Shown here in pieces: positions 57,004-64,000 of a stretch of DNA of 64,000 bases (the first letter of the stretch is position 1; the number at the start of each line of letters is the position of its first letter). This DNA comes from the human T2T-CHM13v2.0 reference genome, Homo sapiens: NCBI RefSeq assembly GCF_009914755.1, contig NC_060940.1; one strand, 5' to 3'. The translations under genes and the position numbers were made by a program. The notes beneath the pieces were generated by a model. That model made no database searches, was not told the DNA's origin, and saw only the letters and a list, made by a program, of their open reading frames with translations.

Positions 57004-59012
57004 TCACATTATAGACAACCATATAATTGTCAGGCTAGAGGACCACCTGTTGAGTGATGCATAAACTGTCACTGCATTTTTGTTGCAAAGAGCTACTGTT
57101 TCTCTGATTAGTGTGACGTCGGCATGGCCTAGTCTTTACATCAGTGCTCCCGGGAGGCTGGCCCAACGTTGGGAGGTGCAGCAAATGCATATGGAAGGGA
57201 ATCGTGTTTGAGCCATGTGGCAGGAAGGTTGTGCACCTGGGCACTGGGGCTAGTTTATTCCTGGGTTCAAATCCTGCCTCTGCCTCTCACTAGTGGGTGA
57301 CCTTGGGCAAGATCCTCACCTGTGTAGTTCCTTGCCCCATTTGGTTATTTGTAGGATAAAGCAAGACAGTGTATATAAAGTGTTCAGAGCCATGCTGGGC
57401 ACATTTTAAGTGTTCACTGAGTATTCAGGATGGCTGTTATTACCTGGAAAGAGTAACAAGAGTGTGCCATCTCTTGGCACCTCTCAGCAGCACTGTTGGG
57501 GAGATGCTAATATGATGCCCATTGATGGCTGTGGCAACTGAGACCTATAGAGGAGAAGGTAGGAAGCAGTGGAGCCAGGACTGAAACCACGGTGGATGGG
57601 ACCCTGGGCCTCTGAATCCCACCCTGGCTTTGTACCTTGCTGTGTACCTTGCCAGTCCTGGCGCCTGAGGCCGGAGATGGGGAAGGTTAGCCAGGGGCCC
57701 AGGAGCATGTTGGGGAGGCTGAGTCTAGCCCACTAACAAAGCAGAAGGCCAGCGAGCAGTAAGTTGCTGGGAGCTTGGGAGTCAAGTTTAAAGCATAGAA
57801 CATGACTGTTCTTTAAAAGCCCCTCCCCTGCCCTCTCTTCCATCCTCGTGATCTATTTGCCAGGGGGTTGAAGGGCAATGAAAATTTCTCTGGTGCCCCC
57901 TTGTACCAGGCATTTTGCCTGTTGGATCCCACACTACCCCCATGGTGGCGTGTGATATGGAACTACTCTTGTCTCTGTTTTACAGATGAGGAACTGAGGC
58001 TCCTGTGGTCAGGGTCGCTTGGCTAGTAGAATGTGGGTCTCAGACTTGGGGCCAGGTCTGCCTGGGCATGTTTTTTGTTAGTCACCATGGCCTGTCTCCT
58101 TTCTTAAGGGGAAAACCTTTCTCCTACTTCTCAAATCGCTTAGCAGAGCTGTTTGAGGAAGCATCCTCAGAGGGTGAGTAGGCTCGGCCTAGGAGAGCCT
58201 GGAAGGGTCTTCTTAGCTTGATTATCACAACAGCTTTGATAGATTCAGACAGAATCTCAGGCCCTGGAATCTCTCCTTCCTTTACCTGATGCCTCTGGCC
58301 ACCGGTCTCTCTTTCCTTCGTGCTCAACCAAGATTCTTCCCTGGGCAGGCTGCCTGGTGCCCTTACATCCCCTTTCCTGGTCACTCGCCAACAACTGCTT
58401 TCTCCCCTCCCTGCTGCCCCACTGAATAGATGCTGAGAAACCCACTCAACACGTTGCATCTATAGGGCATTGAGTCAAGGTATCTGATATCTCTTCTGAG
58501 GCTGTGAGCCTGAAGAACCCCTTTGTGAGCAGCACGGGCTAGTGCCTGACTGAGAGGCTACTGGCTGGCCGGGGACCACTGCCCTGACTTCCTGCAAAGT
58601 CCAGCGGCTGTGCATCTGCCCCTACCTGGGGAGCTGGCCGAGCACCTTGGGTCCAAGGGTACCACCACTGTCACCAAGCACCAGCCCCAGGTGACCTAGG
58701 CCTTAGCAGAAGTAAAAGGTGAGTGGCTTCTGGGCACACCTAGAGAGCTGGCTCCTCCTGGGCTCTGAGCTGGCTTTCCTACTATTCTTTCCTTCCTGAG
58801 CATGCTGCTGAAGTCCTGTTGACATCCAAGACTTGTATCAGTCATTTCCTCCTCTATCAAGCCGTCCTAAGCTCCCCCTATGCCTCCCAGCCCTGGCGCA
58901 TTTTCCCTCCCTTCCTCTGCGGCCCCATCACTCTTGTGTGAACCTCTTCTCTTCCAGCGTCTGCATGGGCCATGTGGCAATAAATGCAGGATTCACCAGG
59001 ATTCACCTGTCT

Positions 59013-59095
59013 GGGGTGGACTGTGGGCTCTGAGAGGGGTGGACTGTGGGCTCTGAGAGGCGTGGACTGTGGGCTCTGAGAGGCGTGGCCTGTGG
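59013..59095. repeat. 23-bp minisatellite, about 3.6 copies of GG(G/C)GTGGACTGTGGGCTCTGAGA
   Basis: Read directly. Confidence 0.93.
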
Positions 59096-59113
59096 CTTCC
59101 TGCGCTTACCTGA

Positions 59114-59596
<483 letters not shown>

Positions 59597-62114
59597 TAGT
59601 AATCTTAGATGTACTGCTTGATGATTTTGTGCACATGATTATATTCATGTATAATTCGAGTCAAGATGGAAAACATTTCTGGTATTCCCATAAAGCCCCT
59701 CCTCAGTTTGTAACCCATACCTCCACCCCACCCAAGAGAATCACCATCCTAACTTATAAACTTGCCTTTTCAAAGTTTTTTAAATTGTGATAAAATAAAC
59801 ATAAAATTCACTCTCTTAACTATTCTTAAGTGTTCAGTTCAGTGGCATTAATGCGTTTTGTAAAGATGTTCTTTACGTGTAAATAGTGCTGGTAATAAAA
59901 GTTTCTAGTGCTGGTAATATCTAAATAGTGCTGGTAATAAAACAATTGAGTGATGTAGACGCAGGTAGAGCAGAAAGTGAAAGGTCCTCCAACCTCAGTA
60001 TCTTCCTCAGAGGGAACCACTGTTCTCAGTTTGTATATTCTTCCAGACCTTTCGCTGTGTATTTTCATGTAAGTATCAACCCAGGAATACATGATATGCA
60101 CTTATGTTTCAGCCCTATAGTTTTGGTTTTATTTTAACCATAAACTGAATCATTAATTGTTGATTGATTGCAACTTGCTTTTTCTTGTGCAGCCTGTGTC
60201 CAGGTCTTTGTAAGCTGCTGTACCCACACCTGGTGGAACATGTTTGTTTGACATCTGTCTTCTCAGCCATGTGTCTCCTCTCGTTCACTCAGGCACCCAG
60301 TCTTTGGTTGTTTCCATCCTCCCTCCCATCCCATTGCTGCCCTTTGCAGTTTCTGCACACAGATTCCTCCATTCCATGAAAGATTGATCCCTGGGGATTC
60401 ACCTTTCCCAAAGTGTTTGACTTTTGAAAAAGCAAGGACCAAAGCCTCAGGTGAAGGGGTTCAAGGCTGATGGAAGACGTCATTAACCAGCAGGCAGGTG
60501 CAGACGCTTAGGGAGTAGTTAGGCCCCGGGGCACCTCTAAAATGTAGTTGCTGACTGTTAGCTGGCCCTCACCCCAGAAGCCAGCCCAAATATTCAGCTG
60601 CAGAGCTCAGGGCTCCCTTGTGTTTCACTGCAGTCAGCAAAGAGGCTCCTTCCCTTCATGCTCCTCCTGTAGCCCAGCCTCAGGCACCTGGGAGATGAGC
60701 GCGTGGTGAAACCTAAACCTGTGGCATTTGGGACATGTAGACCTTCTTTGCAGAATACTTTTCCCTGGGGCATGTGTTGTGTACTTTCTTTATGAGAAAA
60801 TCAACCCAAACGCCTTGTGATTTCTTACTCTGAAGTGGGCTTTTCCACTTCTGGTTAGTTTGGGTGAGCTTGCTCTTTCATTCTGCTACGTTTAGCTCCT
60901 GAGAAAGTTTGGCTTTTTTTCCCCTTCTTTCCCTCCCTTCTCCTTCTTCTCCTTTTTTCATCATTCTGTCTTGCCCTTTGGGTACAGCCTGGTACAAACA
61001 TTCATTCCTACAGCCATGAGCTCACTCAGCAGCAGCCTGTCCGCCCCTGCTCTGGTCCAGGCACCGTGGGGTAGAGATGAGAGCACAGTGGCGAGAGGAG
61101 GGACAGGGGCCCTTCTCCTAGGGGCTTCAGACTGGAGCATCCTTGGAGGCTGGCAGCCAGAAGCAGGGTGACCGGAGCAACAGAAATGGTCACAAATCTC
61201 TGCCCACATTTCCCAGCCAAATTCTACCAGCCTCTGCATGCTAACTGTGATGTTTTGGTGTTAGCTTTAAGAAAAAACAAAAAACAAAAAACAGGTTTTT
61301 AAAATATAGAATAAAAGGGAGCAAAAATAGTCCTTAGTCCCAATGTCCAAATGACCCCTGCTGAATTTGTATTATGTATCTATTTATATGTATATGTTTA
61401 GAGACAGGGTCTCACTGTGTGGCCCCGGCTGGTCTTGAACTACTGGGCTCAAGGAATCCTCCCATCTCAGCCTCCCAAAGTGCTGGGATTACAGACATGA
61501 GCTCCACACCCAGCTGAATGTTTAAAATAAAGTTAATATATGTTCATGATTAGAAATCTCAAACCAAAAGGTATAAAATAAAAAAAGTGTGCTTGTGTGG
61601 GTGTGTACACAGTGCCACTGCTTTTTTTAATTCCCCCAAGATGCCAATACATTCTTAGGCATCTTTCCAGGAAAAGTCGCATTTACACCATCACGTATAG
61701 CCTTTGAAAAGCTTTACTTGAAAGGGACCCTACTGCCTACTCCCTTCCTGCATTTTCATCCTGGTGCTGAGTCTGCATCAGTTTATTTAGGAATAAAAAG
61801 GCCCCAGTCTTCTTAGATTCCCACCCTTTGGACAAACAGATCATAATTACCTAACAACTCCCCTATCAATGGACATTTAGGTTATTTCCAGTTGTTTACT
61901 GGAAGGTCGTGTTATAAAGGTTTGAAATTTCCCCAGTAAGCATGCCCTCCCACACCAGACACCTGATCACTGAGAAAAGTAGATCCCTTTGGAAAGTTTT
62001 AAAATTCATTCTTGCAGCTGATTTTTTTTTTCTTTTTTTAGATGTAAGCAGGAAAAGAAGGTAATGTTTTGTGTTGGATGTTCACCGTTTCGGCACTCTC
62101 TGAAGGAACTTTAT

Positions 62115-62454
<340 letters not shown>

Positions 62455-63373
62455 TAGGGGGCCAGAATTACTCTCCATGTTTTAGAACAGGAACCTGAGG
62501 CCTAGGACAGGCCAGCTGGGTTGGGTTTCAGACCACTCTGGCCAGCCCCAGGCGCTGAGCACTTTATTTCACTTCGTCAGTTCTGCCAGTTTGTTCTGTA
62601 TGTCTGAGTCCACACAGAGCTTAGGGAGGGGTTCTATATCTGTCTGTGTGAATTTCTGCTCTTAATTTCAAACTAGGGGACGTTTTGCCCTGCGCTTGGT
62701 CTCTATTTTCTGTTTCTGAAAGCTTTGATTGCTGTGTGGCCGGCTCTGAAATTCACTAGGAGTTGGCAGTGATGGGAGGAAGCTAACTTCCTGGGTTTGG
62801 ATGCTTCAGGAGAAGATGAGAGGGCGACTAGGCTGCATTCGATCACCCGGCATCCTAAGTGGGCTCTGATGGATGCTGTCTGTCAAGCAGTGCATTCTCA
62901 GAACGCTCCCATCTGGGGGCCCTCGGTTATTGGCGTCTGTAATACGCTATCTGGGTTTCCTGGACAGTAGAATCATGCAGCAATTTATGTGTCATTTTTT
63001 TGTGGTTGAATAATCCACAGTGGGCAAATAAAAATTAATGTTTATATTTGGATGCTAATTCACCTTTCAATTAGGTTTTGTTTTGAGCGTTATTGAAATT
63101 AATCTGTGTTCCTTGAGCACATTTCCATTTATTGGCAAGGTACGGTGTTCCCCAGCATATAATTGGTGGTCGTTTGGGGTAAATTCAGATGGATAATCTA
63201 TATCAAGATAATGGAAAAGTTTATTTTGAAACTTTTTTTAAATTACAAAATGATATCTGAACATTATTTCAGACTCTGATAAGAGAAAAACACTTCAATC
63301 AAAATCCCGCCCTAAACAAATCAATTTTCTTCTGTCTTTTGTGCCTTTCTAGTCTGTTTGCATGTCTATACCC

Positions 63374-63664
63374 TTTTTTTTTTATTTTCTTTTTTGAGAC
63401 ATCTCACTCTGTCTCCTGGGCTAGAGTGCAGTGGCGCCATGTTGGCGCTCTGCCTCCTTGGCTCGAGCGATCCTTCTACCTCAGCCTCTGAAGTAGCTGG
63501 GACTACATGGGCATGCCACCATGCCCAGCTAATTTTTCTATTTTTTGTAGAGATGGGGTTTTGCCATGTTGCCCAGGCTGGTCTTCAAATCCTTGGCTCA
63601 AGTGATCCTCCCAGCTTGGTCTCCCAAATTGCTGGGATTACAGGTGTGAGCCATGTGCCTGGCC
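63374..63664 (-). mobile_element. AluJ
   Basis: Antisense Alu consensus. Confidence 0.86.
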
Positions 63665-64000
63665 TTCCTCTTTAAAGAGCATTAAATGTAGAATTAAGTT
63701 TTAGCTCCTGGTGAAACACTGTTCTTTTAGGAAGAGTGTGAGCTTTGGAATTGGCAAGCCCCAGTAAGCCCCAATTCAAATTCTGACTCCAACTCAGTAG
63801 CTGTGTGACATTGGGCAAGTTATTTAACCTTTCTGCTCCTCTATTTTCTCAATGATAAAAATGGGACTGATAATTCCTATATATTATGGTTGTTATAAAG
63901 ACTGAGATATACTAATATGAAGCATGAACCACAGTTGACACTAGCCTCATTCTGTCGCCCAGGCTGGATGGAGTGTAGTGGCACGATCTCGCTCACTGAA

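Noticed and set aside
59013-59095. Short direct repeats considered as CRISPR-like
   Set aside because: Head-to-tail with no spacers, eukaryotic intron, no cas genes

Overview
Primate (almost certainly human) genomic DNA matching the DEXI-CLEC16A locus (16p13.13, from prior knowledge). The left end holds DEXI on the - strand: a 95-aa CDS (3695..3982) inside its first exon, followed by a 3'-UTR intron that runs off the left edge. About 2 kb away, head-to-head and on its own CpG island, CLEC16A starts on the + strand. I assembled its coding exons 1-10 by hand (1071 nt, 357 codons, all GT-AG, phases consistent, including a 6-nt microexon); the gene continues past the right edge. The rest is intron rich in Alu, L1, L2, MIR, MaLR and MER relics, and nearly all ORF-track entries are repeat-derived or GC-shadow artefacts. 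The most unusual structure is a non-Alu 66-bp inverted repeat in intron 10 (45827..45985). It has a templated spacer and is bracketed by splice-site-like motifs that define an in-frame, stop-free 156-nt candidate exon. Other notable items: uORF/NMD architecture of DEXI, a possible antisense terminal exon over DEXI, same-orientation CTCF motifs, a B-box-intact MIR, several local duplications, a twin-primed L1 and a young AluYa5-like insertion. I see no convincing wholly new multi-gene system. Repeat subfamily calls and boundaries are by eye and approximate.
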